Source: Vicugna vicugna | Lineage: Eukaryota | Length of the DNA: 64,000 nucleotides | Direction: 5' to 3' | Assembly: GCA_013265495.1 (NCBI GenBank) | Contig: MU057576.1 | Location: 96,982 to 160,981, forward strand | Shown here: positions 37,390 to 50,816 of the stretch, in pieces | How the letters are laid out: each line of letters begins with the position of its first letter | How positions within the stretch are numbered: position 1 is the first letter of the stretch | Notes under the pieces: generated by a model | The model's database searches: none | Seen by the model: only the letters and a program-made list of their open reading frames with translations | What the model was told of the DNA's origin: nothing | Translations under genes and position numbers: made by a program

Positions 37390-37735
37390 GTATCTCCCCA
37401 GTGCTACTACAGGCTGTCAAGGTCATGAAAAGTGAGAAAAGACTGAGAAACTGTCACATAACAGAGAAGACTGGGGAGACATGACAAGTAAATGCAATGT
37501 AACAGATTGGATCTAAGAACAGAAAAAGAATAATGAGAAAATTGGAGAAATCCAAAAAGTCTGGAGTTTAATTAACAGGGATATAAGTTTTAGTTTCTTA
37601 GTTTTGACAAATGCACCTGGAGACGTAAGATGTTAACAATGGGGAACTGGGTGAAGGGTATACGAGACCTCTGTATTCTGTCTGCAGCTTTTCCGTAAAT
37701 CAGTATTATTCTTAAAGAAAATTTACTTATAAAAC
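37390..37735 (+). mobile_element. L1MC-like 3' remnant
   Basis: gtcaaggtcatgaaaa...gactgagaaactgtcac...gatgttaacaatggggaactgggtgaagggtata. Confidence 0.8.
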
Positions 37736-37914
37736 ATTACAAGACTGAGTACCTGTACATTTTCCTAGGAAGATTTATAGATTTTACACCCTCCATCCAT
37801 GATCCAAAAATACTTAAGACCCACTGTTCAAAGCTTCCGCTGCTTTCCTTAACCACTCCTAAGTATTGTCTCCTTTCTGCTATGTCACCTACACCTTCCC
37901 TCAAAAAACAAAAT

Positions 37915-38332
37915 TTAGCCAGGGCCTGGGGAAGGGGAGGTGAGGGGAGATGTTTAATGGGTTCAGTTTCAGTGCAGGAAGATGAAAAATGTTCTGGAGA
38001 TGGGTAATGGTGATAACAATAATACTTAATGCCACAAAACTGTACACTTAAAAATGGTTAAAACGGTAAATTTTATGTTATATATATTTTACTGCAAGTT
38101 AAAAAATAAAGGAATGGGTACTGATATATGCTACAACATAAACCTTAAAAACATTATCTGAGCGAGAGAAGCCAGACACAAAATACCACCCATAATTCCA
38201 TTAACAATGTTATAAAATTGACTGCGCCAGGAGTTGTACACATCTGTGAATATACTAAGAACTACTGAAGTGTAGACTTAAAATGGGTAAATTGTGTGGT
38301 CGGTGAATTACATCTCAATAAAGCTGCTAAAA
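37915..38332 (+). mobile_element. L1MB-like 3' remnants
   Basis: gttctggagatgggtaatggtgat...tgtacacttaaaaatgg; gtgaattacatctcaataaagctg. Confidence 0.8.
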
Positions 38333-38344
38333 ATTTTTCACTGA

Positions 38345-38872
38345 TTTTAGATACAGGATCACATTTACTTGACCTCTGGAGACCTTAAGTGGCACCTCGT
38401 AAATTCTGGAACCACATTCTGCTGATGTGCTAAATAAAAAGGAACAAATGAATGGAAGACCGAGGCTTACAACGGCTGGCAGGGAAGATGAGAAGCATCT
38501 GTGACTAGGTGTGGCGTCGCTCCAACCATGGGGGCAAGAACAAGGCGAGACTTTAAAACACACTAGGCTGAAGCTGTCAGATGCCTTTGTTCGGTCCTGA
38601 TGATTCATGAAGCCACCTACACAAACCGCGCTCTGTACCTCGACCGCAAGGAGCGGCAGCTGTGATCCAGGCCAAAAACGGAAGACACGGCAGGGAAGGC
38701 CTTGCAGAGAAAAGGTAACCGGTGAATCTCCGCGTATCCAGGCTCAGGTGAAGGTAGGACAGGAAAAGGGTGCACGTACAGGATTCCAAAGACTGTTCTT
38801 CAAAGCGGAGGCCTGCGGAGGTCCTGGCTGAAGGATGCAGGTGCAGGCTCACAAAACTGCCCAGCCCAGCAG
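38345..38872 (-). other. POLE4: Probable POLE4 3' UTR
   Basis: Non-repetitive sequence between the stop codon and the next L1 remnant; the 3' end is inferred from the AGTAAA signal. Confidence 0.6.
38364..38369 (-). terminator. Candidate variant polyadenylation signal AGTAAA
   Basis: The only PAS-like hexamer I found on the minus strand between the stop codon and the flanking L1; no AATAAA or ATTAAA seen. Confidence 0.45.
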
Positions 38873-38886
38873 TCAATCCAAAGTCC
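38873..38886 (-). CDS. POLE4: POLE4 terminal exon 4, coding part (GTLD*)
   Basis: Acceptor ctctttgtgtttctag|GG ACT TTG GAT TGA completes the conserved FLEGTLD C-terminus; intron 3 is about 10.3 kb. Confidence 0.92.
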
Positions 38887-41800
38887 CTAGAAACACAAAG
38901 AGCAATGTTTAAAGCAACACGCATCAAGAGCTGGGCAGTGTAAGCCAAGTGGGCAAAGTTAAGGGGAAGCTACTTTGGTATTGGTGGTTCTTCTAAGACC
39001 AAAATACTCATTTTGAGGAACAGCCATCCAAAAGATCCTTGGGGGAAAACGTCATTGCAGAGGGTGGGCAGCTGGGTCTGGGAGAGTTCGAATTAGAGGT
39101 GGGGAAAGGGCTAAGAAGCTGTTGTGTCAAACAGTGGGCATCTGTGGAGACCACACAAGGGGTGAGTGATACCAAATAAATGAGGGAAGTTCTCTAAGCA
39201 GAGTTTATAAACTTTGGAAAAAGTTTCAGTTCAAGATGGGAGGCTGAACCCACAAGTCTGTATGACCTCCTATGAAAGGAAAAAGAATCTTTTAAAAGGT
39301 ATATAAATCTACAATAAAGAATGGGGGCCCATCAGCAGTTAACAGAGTTCAACAAAAAGCTGAATGATAGAAATCAGACTGAAGTACGTTTATAAATAAA
39401 GCGGAGGAAAATGAGCCTCAAATAAACACAGAGGGGACTGCAGCAGAGATGGGGGCCCATCTACCCAGGAAATTCACGAGGAGGCTCAAGACTCAAGACA
39501 CCAAAAATGACAGAGACGCAAGGCCAAAATGAATAATGACTCAAGTGTCTGTATGAGAAACAGTTGACCCCATCTCACCATAACCCTCCCCGCATGCAGC
39601 CCTACCAGAAAACAAGCCTTTAAACTAAACCTAACTTTGGGGGCAAGGTGTAGCTCAATGGCAGAGTGAGTGCTTAGTATGTACAAGGTCCTGGGTTCAA
39701 TCCCCAGTACCTCCATTTAAAATAAAATAATGTAAACAAACAAACAAACTAAACCTAACTTGAAAACCAAATCAGAGGGCTCTCTTCTAAAGAACTAAAT
39801 GAATTATCCGGAGAACCAGAGCAGCTTCTGAAAACTGCAGCACCCCGCAGTCAAGTTTTCCACATTCTAGCATTTGGAGGCTCCCAATGTAACATCTGGC
39901 CCCATCCCAGCCACACTAAGGTAAAATCACAAGACAAAATTCACTCTCCATACATACACAGCTTCCAAACAAACAGTGTTCTTATTCCCTCATTCTAAAA
40001 TAGAATAAAAATTATAAGGCATTTGAAGAAAGTCTATTGAGGACAAGGAGAGACTAAAACTTACTTAAAACTAAAAAAACAAACAAACAAAAACCCTAGA
40101 ATAATTCAGGGGAAAAAAAAAAAACAGAACTAAATTAAACAACAAACCAAAACAGAAATACCTCAACAAATGTTTTAATAGTCCCTGCTTCTGATAATGG
40201 CAAATTCCTGCTGAGACCAACTGATACAGCTGATTAAAATATTTTTAAAAAGAAAAATCCTTCAGGCATTAAAGAGGCCTCAAGGAAAGGCAAATGCAAA
40301 ATCTGGAGAAGGTAACGCAACACAAAGAAAACCCAACCTTGGAAACTGCTTTTAACCCGAGGGAATCTGCCAATCCAAAAGAAAGCTCAAGAAATTGTGC
40401 TGTGATTTTGGCAGGCTGAGCAAATCAAGAGTCAAATCAGAGAATGTGCTCAAGTAAGAAGTTCTGATTAACTGCCCCCTTTTTAAAAGCTCGATTCCCA
40501 AAAGGCTACACCCTCAGAGTAAGGTAGAGCTAGAATTAAATGACCCCCTCACAGACCTGCCATCGGGGTTTTTTTTATCATCACAATGATAAAGGAATCC
40601 TCAAGTCCTGGATTTGCAAAGGAGGTCCTGCACTGATACATGCCCCGAGGTGCCTTGCAGAAGCAAATGAGCACCTTGTTTGGAGAAAGGTCTCATTATG
40701 CAGGCCTCAAATTATCCAACAAATTATTTTTTCAAATACAGTGAAAAATATACCAAGATAACTAGGCATACAGGGAAAGAAAGACCATGAGACAATACCA
40801 ACAGAAACAACAGAGAGAAAAATAAATCAATCAACCAACCTTAAAAGGCTTTGGACATTAGCTTGGACACAGACCATAAACAATTGTACCTGTTATGTTT
40901 AAGAAAATACAAGCCTTAGAACATGTGCAGCAAATACAAATAATAAAAAAATGACAAAATAGATTTGAAAACTAAACGAAATTCACAAAAACTGAAAAAT
41001 ACAAAAACAAGGACTGAAACTAATAAATCAACAGGAAAAGATTAAAGGAGACAAGACCACAGAAGAGAGATAATAAACTGGAAGGTCAGAAAAATTACAC
41101 AGAATGTGTCATGGAAAGGCAAAATTATGGTTGACTTTTAGCATATTTTAATAGGAATCCAAGAGAGAAGGAACAAAACAGAGTCAACATCTGAAAAGAT
41201 ACTGGCTGAGACCTCTCCAGGACAGACGAAAGCCATCAATCCATAGATTTAAGAAACCTAAGCAGACTACGGAAAAGCGAATCAACACCTAAATACATCA
41301 GAGTGAAGCTACAGAAAAAAATCAAAGACAGAAAAATCTTAAAAGCAGACAGAAAAAAGGGGAACAAATTAGCTTCAACAGAAACAACAGAAGCCAAAAA
41401 AAGAGAAGAATGATCACTTCGATGTGCTAAAAGAAATAAAGTTTCACCTAGAATTCTATGTTCAGCAAAAATATCTTTAAATAAAGAAAATAAAAGGTTT
41501 TCACACACACACAAAAAAAAGTAGAGTTTGCTACCAGCAGATCCTGTAAAACCAAGGATTTACATCACAAAGAAAGAAAGTGATCAAAAATGGAGAAGAA
41601 ACATAAAAAAGGAAAGAGGAGCAAAGACAGCATAAACATGTGGTTAAGTTCACACAACATCGCCAGTATACTACAGCGGTAATAATGCCTTACGTGGGTT
41701 GAGAAAGACAACATAAAACGGGTAACAGTAACAGCATGAGTCGGGGATGAGGGACTTGTAAATTGAGCTCATTGAATTCTAAGATCCCATTTTGCTGAGG

Positions 41801-44800
41801 ATGAAGGGAAAGGTACCAACACTAGGCTCTCACACATTAAGGATGCATGTAGTACCAATTTTTTAAAAACTAGAATGTAGAAAGTTCAAATTGATAAGAG
41901 TTAAAAACGGAATGAATTATCCTCAAAAAAAAGGCAAAAAAAAAACCCATAAAACAAGGACAAATAGAAAGCACAAAATAAGAGGATGAATTTATACATC
42001 ATTAATTACACTAAATGTAAATGAATTAAGCACTTAGAGATAATCAGCCTAAAATTTTAAAAATAATCTAATTATGAGAGAGGGAATCAAGACAGTTGAA
42101 TAGGAGGACAAAGAGCTCACCTCCCCTCAACAACACATCAAAAATACATCTACATGTAGAGAAATCCTCACTGAGCACTAACTGGAGACTCGCAGAAAGA
42201 TGCCTGTAACACCAAGGCTGTAGAAAGGCTCCACAGACAGCTGGGTAGGAAGGGATGAGAAGCAGTCAGGTCAGGACCCGCACCTAGCAGGGGGCACAGA
42301 GCAGGAGGGGGGTTATGCTGGCTTAGAGCCCCACCCTGGGTAGTGAGCAGTCTGCATCACACCACGGGCACCCCAGCTCTGGGGTCCAACCACGGAGGAT
42401 GAGGCCCCTCAGCTGGTTTGAAATTCACTGGGACAGACAGCATGACTGTTAAGAAATGTAGACTCCACGAGTGAAGGGCACTTACACGCTTGCTAATTCC
42501 TGGAACAAGGCAGAGGAAGCCGCCTGCAACTGCCCAGCATTCTAGCTGATTTCCCGTGACCACGCAGTGCATGCCCCGGCCCGCCGTGCTCCAGAGCCGC
42601 TCCACCCTAGGGCAACGGATGCTGCAGCTGAGGAGAGCGCCTGCCGGTGAGGGACAGAGCTGGCGGTCACAGGGCTGCAATCAGGAGTGATCTGGAGCTC
42701 CAGCTGCTGTCAGGACCACGCCAGAGAGCACCCCAGCCGACACCAAGTGCCCACTCCAGCCCCTCTTGCTCTGCAGCACTGTTCGCCACTAGGGCAAAGG
42801 CTAATGTTGCCGAGAAAAGTACAGAGTTGTGGAGGACAGAGCTGACTGAAGCCTGGCAGAGCATCCAAATGGGGAAAGAGCACCCATTACTATTGATCAT
42901 GGGGCAGCAGATCAAGAGCAGTCTGTAGCTGACTGGTGCTGGGACCACCCAAGCATGGGCCCCAGCCTCCACGGGGAGCCCAATCCAGTCCTCGGGTTCC
43001 AGCACGTCTCCCTTCTGGGGCAAAGGTGCCAACGCTGGGAGGGGCAAGAGCACACACTCAAAGAGAACAGAATCAGCTCACACCCTACTCTCAGGGCTTT
43101 TGCTCCAACAATTTAAGATGTGACACAACCCCTAACAGGGTGGTGCTGGCAACTGAGCAACAGAGAAGACCTGGCTCACACCTGCCTCTGGCTCTCGCCG
43201 CTCCACGTCCAGCCTGCCCTCCTACGAAGATGACAGCTGCCAGCACCCCCTGCAGGAAGAGGTGACTCTTGTTCATTTCAGATCCAGCTCTCCCACCAAA
43301 GCCACAGGCCACACGCGGACTGTATAAAGATGCTCCGGGGGAGGGTATAGCTCAAATGGTAGAGTGCATGCTCAGCAAGCCTGAGGTCCTGGGTTCAATT
43401 CCCAGTACTGCCTCTAAAAAATAAATATATAAGTAAGTAAACCTAATTACCACCCCCCCAAAATGTAAAGATGCTCCCACACGAGCACACCCCTTTAAGA
43501 CTGGGACAGGTAACTGTTTCATCTAATTTCACAGAGATAAAGTTAAGCAAAATGAGAAGACAGAGGTATTTCTTTAAAATGAAAGAACAAGGTAAAAAAC
43601 CCTGAAAAAAACAAGTAATAAAACAGAATATTTACCAGATAAAAAAAGAGTTCAAAGCTTTAGTACCAAGAATGCTACCTAAACTAGGGAACAGAAAAGA
43701 TGAACACAGTGAAAATCTTAACAATAGGAAATATAAAAAAGAACCAGTCAGAACTGAAAAATAAAATACACGACATGAAAAACACACTAAAAGGAATTAA
43801 CCAACTAGGTGACAAAGAACACGTAAGTGATCTGGAAGACAGAATAACGGAAATCACCCAATTAGAACAGCAAAAAGAAAACAAATTTTAAAAAAATGGT
43901 AACAGTAAAAGGGACTCTGCGACAGCAAGCGTATCAACATTCACATTATAGAGTCCCAGGAAGAGAAGAGAGAAAGGGGGATAAAAATGTATTTGATGAA
44001 ATTATTGCTGAAACTTCCCAAACTTGAAGAAGGAAATATATTCAAGAAGAGGAGGCACAGAGGGTTTCAAAAGCAATGAACCCAAAGAGCCCCACAACAA
44101 GACATATTATAACAGCAAAAGTTAAAGAGAGAATTCAAAAGGCAGCAAGAGAAAAATAAAGAGTCATATACAAAGGAACCCCCATAAGGCTAACAGCTGA
44201 TTTTACTGGAGATCGTCATTCTAAGTGAAATAAGCCAGAAAGAGAAAGAAAAATACATGATATCACTCATACGTGGGGTCTAAAAAAAACAAAAAAAGAA
44301 GATACTAATGAACTTATCTACAAAACAGAAACAGACTCCTAAGTAAATAAACCTATGGTTACCAGGGGAAAAGGGGTAGGAAGGGATAAATTGGGAGTTT
44401 GAGAATTTCTAATACTAACTACTATATATAAAATAGATTAAAGAAAATTCTTCTGTATTACAACACAGGAAACTATATTCAATATCTTATAGTAATTTGT
44501 TATGAAAATGAATATATATTTATGTATGACTGAAACATTATGTTGTACACCAGAAATTGACAAATTGTAACGTACTATACTTCAATAGAAAAAATTTTAA
44601 GTAAAAATTAGCTAATATATATAAAAAACGAATACTGTGAAGAACTTCACATCAATAAATTTGAAAATTACATGAAATGTACAAATTCCTAGAAAACCTA
44701 CAACACTTCAGGGGTTAAAAAATTGTGTCAAGAAAATAAAACAGGAATGGTCCTAAAACCATTCAAAAAATTGAATCAGTAATCAAAAATCTTCCCACAA

Positions 44801-47800
44801 AAATTCCAGGCCCAGATGGCTTCACTGGTGAATTCCATCAAATATTCAGGAAGAAATAATTCCAATCTTACAGTTTTCTAGAGATCAGACAATATAAAAA
44901 GGGCACCCTCTCCAACTAATTTATGTAAGGCTTACATTCAATACCAAAAAAATGCCAATCTCTTTAAACAAGTGACGCAGCATTTGCAATCAGTTAAAAT
45001 TAATCTACAAAAAGCCTATAGTAGGTATGATTAATGGGGAAAGGCTGAAAGCTTTCCCTTTGAAATCAAGATGCCTGCTATCAGCACTTCTATCCAACAC
45101 AGTGTTGGCAATTCTAGCCAAGGAAAAAGAAAAAGATAAGGATTGGGAAGAACTTCACGAAAGTGTCATTATTGGCGGGTATTACTGCTTAATTAAAGAA
45201 ATCTAAAACAATTAATGGATAAATCATTAGAATTAATTAGAATTCAGCAAGATGCTAGATACAAAATTAAAATATAAAATCAAGTATATTTCTATATACT
45301 AACAACATTTAAATGATTTTAAGAAAAATACCAATAACAGCATATTAAGCACTTAAAGGAAAGCATCTAAAAAATGTCAAGATTTCTTGAAAGATCTCTA
45401 AAAAAAGATTTATTTTAAAATTTATTTAAAATTTTATTTTAAAAACAAAAGATCTAAATAAATGGAGAAATGTACCATGTTTATGAACTAGAAGATTCAC
45501 TATTGTAAAGATATGATTTCACCCACTAAGTAATCTACACATTCAATGCAATCTCAATCAATAACCCTTCTTGTGGAATTTGACAAGCTGATTCTAAAAT
45601 GTACAGGAAAATGCAAAGAATCAAAAATCACCAAGACACTTAAAAGAACAAGGTGGGGAGATCTGCTCTCTCAGACAAAATAATTCAGACAGTGTGGTAC
45701 TGACATGGGAATAGACAAAACAAATCAATAGGAGAGAAACAGCCCAGAAATAGCCTTGATTTTTTTGTTTGTTTGTTTAGCTGAAGTACAGTTGATTTTC
45801 AATCTTGCGTTAGTTTCTGGTGTACAGCACAGTGATTCATTCACACATATATTATACATATTCTTTTTCATGTTCCTTTTCATTACAGGGCTACTACAAG
45901 GTATTGAATATAGTTCCCTGCGCTCTACCATAGGGCCTTGTTGTTTATCTATTTTATATATAGTAGTTATATATCGTAAACAGCCTTGATTTATAACAAA
46001 GGTAGCACCAAAATGAAAATGACATGGAAAAGTGGCTATCCAAATAACAAGAAAAAAATTAAACTGGACCCCTACCTCAATCCTATAAACAAAAAATCAA
46101 CTACAGTTTTATGAAAAACAAAAAACTGTAAAGATTTTAGCATATAGGCGAATGTCTGATGAACTTGGGGTAGGGAAAAAAGTCTTAAACAGGACAAAAA
46201 CAGCACTAGCTATAAAGGAAAACATATTTGACTATCTTTAATTAAAAACTCACACTTATCAATTATCTTAAGAGTGAAAAGGCCAGTCACCAACCAGGAA
46301 GATATCTGCTTCTGGTATACTGAGAAAGATTCCTATTCAGAATAGATACATAGACATATACATAGTAGTGTAAGTCAGTAAGAAAAAGGACAAAATATCC
46401 AAGAGAAAAACAGGACTCCTCCCTCCCTAAAATGCACATGCACATGCACATGAAGAAGTGCTCAGTCACCAGCAATCAGGACCAAGCAAATTAAAAGCAC
46501 AATGCAGTCATCACTTCACATTCCTACCAGACTGGCAAAAATCAAACTCTGATAATACCCAGTGTTGCTAAGAATGGGGAGCAATGGAAATTGTCATACT
46601 CTGGTGGCAGAAATGTGAATCAGATGTACAGGTTGTTTGGCAGTACCCACAAAAGATGGAGGTAGATACATTCTATGTCCCGGAAATTTTACACACACAC
46701 ACACACATATCCCTAGAGAAACATGTACAAGAATGTCCATAGCAAATTGCTCATTAAAAAAAAGGCTATCCAAATACCCACATTAAAATGGTTCAGTTGT
46801 GGTACTGTCACACAATGGCATGCCATTCAGCAGAGAAAATGAACAGACTAAAAACATGTGCAACAATGTTAACTGAATCTCATACACGTGTTAACCTAAA
46901 GAAAACAACTGTGGGCCCGATGCTGACCATCCAGATGCTGGACTACAATTTGGTTCCATTTTTTGGAAGCTAAAAAAAAGATATAAAACTAAATCTTAGT
47001 ATTCAGGGATGCATGCTTCTGTGGTGAAACCATTAAGTAAATCAAAGTAATTACCACCAAAAAGGACACAGCCACGTCAGGAGAGGAGGTAAAAAGACAT
47101 ACGATGAGGTAAGAATGGATAAGGAGATTTTGGAGGCTGCCTACTCTATCTCTTGGCCTAGTTGGTGGTTACAACAGTGTTCACTTTATTATTTATTTAT
47201 TTTACATTTGTTTTTTGTGTGTTAAATGTCATAAGGAAAGGCTTGGAAAATAATACATATATACACACACATACATACATACATATATACACACACACAT
47301 ATATAAATACAACTGCATAAAATAGCCAGATTACTAATGACAGCTGCCTACAGGGAGGGGACCTATATGAGGGATTAAAGGACACTGCAGAGGAAGACTG
47401 TTCACAGTACTGTTTTTCAACTTCTACATTCAACCTACAAAGCATGGAAGATTTAATTATGGTAAGAAAATGTGTTTTCAGCCTTGACAATGTCAAAGTA
47501 ACACATGCAGATAACACAAAGTGAGAGATGGGAGTGGGCTAAAAATGGGAAAGGAAGCCATACTTATAAAGTGAGGAGTCAACAAAAAAATACATATTGT
47601 AGTATATTATATAATTTGTAAAGGTAACAGAGGAGCAAAAAAATAATGACAAAATTACCAAAAATCAAAAATATGGGAAAGGATTAATGGGGCACTATAG
47701 GTTAGCCAAATCTTCAACATCATAGCAGGAAGTCAACAGATAACATTTACAGTTCATAAATCAATGATGAAATATAAGTAACCATCTGAAAAGCTAAAAA

Positions 47801-50800
47801 CAATAAAAAGATGAGGGGCAGCAGCTGCATTGTATTATAAGTGATTAGGTAACTATTTGAGTTTTAAATATGAATATATATACTGACTTGATTAAAAAAG
47901 AAAAAATAATTTCACTTAGAACATACACATCTAAGGACATAAGGACATTTATTTTATCAGGTATAAAATAATATAATATTGACTCAAGGTATACGGGCTA
48001 AAGAGACCAAAATTCAGATCTGCTAATACACAACAGAGCAGAGGGATTCAATTGCTGAGATTATTAACTCTGAAGATGAGAATAAACATATCCATCACTT
48101 GGTAAATGGCCATTGATTAAAAATCCAAGCCAAGGACTATGCATGGTCGGTAGGTAGTATTATGTCTTTAAAATGGAGATTTGATCATCTGGCTCACCTC
48201 TTCGAAAAGCTGGTAATTAAAAACAAACAGGGTAGGCTCCAAACATTTTTGATTGGTCACTGATGGCGTGTCAGTCACAAGAAGCTGCCCGCCTTAGTTA
48301 GGCAACTAACAAGTTATTTTTAAGAAAAATGAGCAAGCAGTAAAGAGGCTGAAAAAAGATGCACAACTTACGAGAATACTCAATAATCTAGGGCTAGCCA
48401 TGGTAATGTATCTTAAAAGACATTTAAATGAGTATCAAAAGAGCCAGGGGCCTAAGCTGATACACAGTGGCAGAATAAAAAAATACAAATAGTGAAATAA
48501 ATAATTCAAAAAAAATTTTCTGAAGGTAATGAGGCTTCAAGAAGGTAATGAAAACATTGGTGTGGTAAAGGTGAGAAAGATCTGAACATGCCTGGCTTTC
48601 AAAAAACTATTCAATCAGAATATGCAAGGATGAGTATGCTGATCAGATTCAGGAATTACGTAAAACAGAGAGCGCTAAGAGCAGGTAGTTAAAATGAGGT
48701 ATTTCAAATATTTTCTACTTCAATAATAAGCTTTAGTTAGCACACAAGTTAATCCAACAATCCTAAGAATAAATAGCTTACAGGGCAGTACAGCATCCCA
48801 CTGTGGCAAAATAATCACTTTACGCTAATTGTTAAAAGAAGAAAAAAGAACAAGAAGTAATCCTTTAATTGTTAGCAACTGTTTCTGATCTAGCATTATG
48901 ATGAAGGGGGAGATTTATATCTAGGGGTATAAACAGATACCTATTATCTATGGAGATCAAAGTAAGAATCAAATTTCTGAATCCACCTAATTCCACTGGT
49001 GTCTTTAGAGTGCCTCCCATTTTTTAGGGTTAGCAGTTTTCAGGAAGAAGTTCTAATTACCCAAAGGAATATGAATTAGAATTTGTTTTTCCTACCTTAA
49101 TAGGAAATAGGGAGAAAGAATTATTCCCTACATGAACAAGGAAGAACCAGGCATCAGGTTTATAAAGTTGTGAACTCAGATCGTTAATGTGGGAAAGACA
49201 GGTGGAAATGATTACCCAGGGCCAGAGAACTCACCTTCCAGAAAAGCAAATTCATCCACAGCTTCTATTGCATTATCTGAAACACAAGATAAAGGCCTAC
49301 TGACTAACTCTGGTCACTTGGACATCAACCTCTTATAAAAGCACAACCCACACAGTGACGGCATGAGGCTTTACACAAGGGAGGGCATTTATAAAATTTA
49401 TCCCTTGCTATCTTGAGATCCACATCTACTCCACCACCAAATCTTACTTATCAGCTGTCTCTCCACAAGAGTTAAAAAAAGTCTCGGTAAATACTGTTCA
49501 CTGCGGGGAATCTCTTTGCTTTAAGAGTCATCAGAAGAGTTTGTGAAGATTATATATATAACATATACAAGTAAGGTAAGATTATGGTATATGAAAGCTT
49601 ATACATATGCAAGGGTTACCAGCTAGAAAGTAGTCAGAAAGCAAAACTACTTTCTAGGTGGGGGAAAAAAAAGTCAAGCCTGGTACAAGGCAGAAGGTAT
49701 AAAGGGGTCTAGTTAACTTTGGCAACACCTAGAACTCCTCTCGCTCACTGTCCCAGCACTTCTCCAGCCACCCAAAGCACAGATTCAAAAGGCAGGATTT
49801 TTCTGGCACTGAGGCAGTCCAACAGAAAGCATCGTAGAAAGAGACCTGGGGCACCTCTCCCCTTCCAGTGCTGCCTTCTCAACCAGTGTAAGAGAAAGCC
49901 TCACCCAGCCCTCCCTTGTCTGCGCCCAGATGCAAGATACCAGTGACACGCTACCCAGATCTCTCCTCTGAAGGGTCTTCCTTTTCCCTTGCTGAGCACA
50001 ACAGTAGGCATCTTTTGCAATGGTCTCCACAAACAGTTCCTGTGAAGAAAACAAGCAGGGGAACAAAAAGTAAAAATTCTAATAAACAAACTAAAATTGA
50101 AAACTTAAAAAAAAAAAAAAGAAAAAGAAACAAAGAGCAGAGTTGTACCGATGAGTTTCAGCACAATTCTTGTGCGTGCTTCGGTCTGTGAGTGCGGCGC
50201 CAGAGGTGAAAGGGGGCTCGGATGAAGGGGGCCGCTCTCCGGGAAGGCTGCACTTGACTTCACGAAGGTCTAGTCCCCTTCACCCTCCCGCAGTGGCCCA
50301 TGACACATCCGTCCCTCCCTCCCTTTTAAATCCACCCCGCTCACGAACCTGCGACTCCTACAAGTTCTGTTAGTCTAGAGATGCAAATTAAAGTCGTGTC
50401 CCCGCCCTCATGAAGAGGCAGGTGTGTTAACAAACCAATGCTACAGTTCCACGTGATCCTTTTTCTGTCTTCCCTTCCTATACTCACATCTCAGAATCCG
50501 GCCCCAACACCTCTCGTACCTACTTCACCCCCGCCACCCACCCCACCCCCGTCCGGGTCCTCGGCATACCCCGCCCCAGACCCAACTCTTCCTCCGGCGC
50601 TCCACGTACCGCGGCTCGTGCCAGAATGAAGATGGCTTCCTGTCCCGCGAGCGTCACGTCGGGGTCCGCCTTCACCAAGGCCTTCACTCGCGCCAGAGGC
50701 AGCCTGGAGAGACGAGCCCCGGGCACACTCGTCGGCGCTTGAGGCTGCGGGGCCGCCGCGTCCCCACCTGGCCCCTCCTCCTCCCGGGAAGCCCCGCTTC

Positions 50801-50816
50801 CAGCCGCCGCCGCCAT
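38873..50816 (-). CDS. POLE4: DNA polymerase epsilon subunit 4 (p12, H2A-like histone fold); spliced CDS join(50816-50610,50039-49955,49276-49235,38886-38873), 115 aa
   Basis: The spliced translation MAAAAGSGASREEEGPGGDAAAPQPQAPTSVPGARLSRLPLARVKALVKADPDVTLAGQEAIFILARAA-ELFVETIAKDAYCCAQQGKRKTLQRRDL-DNAIEAVDEFAFLE-GTLD* is recognisable as mammalian POLE4. 207+85+42+14=348 nt; all introns are GT-AG with consistent phases 0,1,1. Confidence 0.97.
39230..42075 (+). mobile_element. Old L1 5' UTR/ORF1/ORF2-start remnant in POLE4 intron 3 (antisense to the gene)
   Basis: A-rich with decayed ORF1 motifs (acctagaattctatgttcagcaaaaatatcttt) and the ORF2 start attacactaaatgtaaatg. Confidence 0.7.
39639..39745 (+). 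mobile_element. tRNA-Ala-derived SINE (Vic-1 type)
   Basis: A and B boxes; perfect 16-bp TSD aaactaaacctaactt. Confidence 0.92.
42078..44600 (+). mobile_element. L1 5' UTR plus partial ORF1 fused directly to the ORF2 end/3' UTR (internally deleted)
   Basis: GC-rich 5' UTR ~42080-43530; ORF1 peptide 43700-43891 (IKKNQSELKN...SDLEDRITEITQLEQQKE); abrupt junction at ~44206 into ctggagatcgtcattctaagtgaa. Confidence 0.8.
43337..43465 (+). mobile_element. tRNA-Ala-derived SINE nested in the L1 5' UTR
   Basis: A and B boxes; perfect 12-bp TSD taaagatgctcc. Confidence 0.92.
44620..47200 (+). mobile_element. Old L1 ORF2/3' UTR remnant (continues 39230-42075)
   Basis: ccaggcccagatggcttcactggtgaattc (PGPDGFTGEF), gacaagctgattctaaaat, actggacccctacctca. 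Confidence 0.82.
45763..45977 (-). mobile_element. Short L1 3' fragment
   Basis: TSD aaatagccttgattt/aaacagccttgattt. Confidence 0.88.
49235..49276 (-). CDS. POLE4: POLE4 exon 3 (42 nt)
   Basis: Acceptor tcttgtgtttcag|AT; encodes (D)NAIEAVDEFAFLE; donor GAAG|gtgagt. Confidence 0.96.
49955..50039 (-). CDS. POLE4: POLE4 exon 2 (85 nt)
   Basis: Acceptor tgttttcttcacag|GAA; encodes ELFVETIAKDAYCCAQQGKRKTLQRRDL; donor CTGG|gtagcg. Confidence 0.96.
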
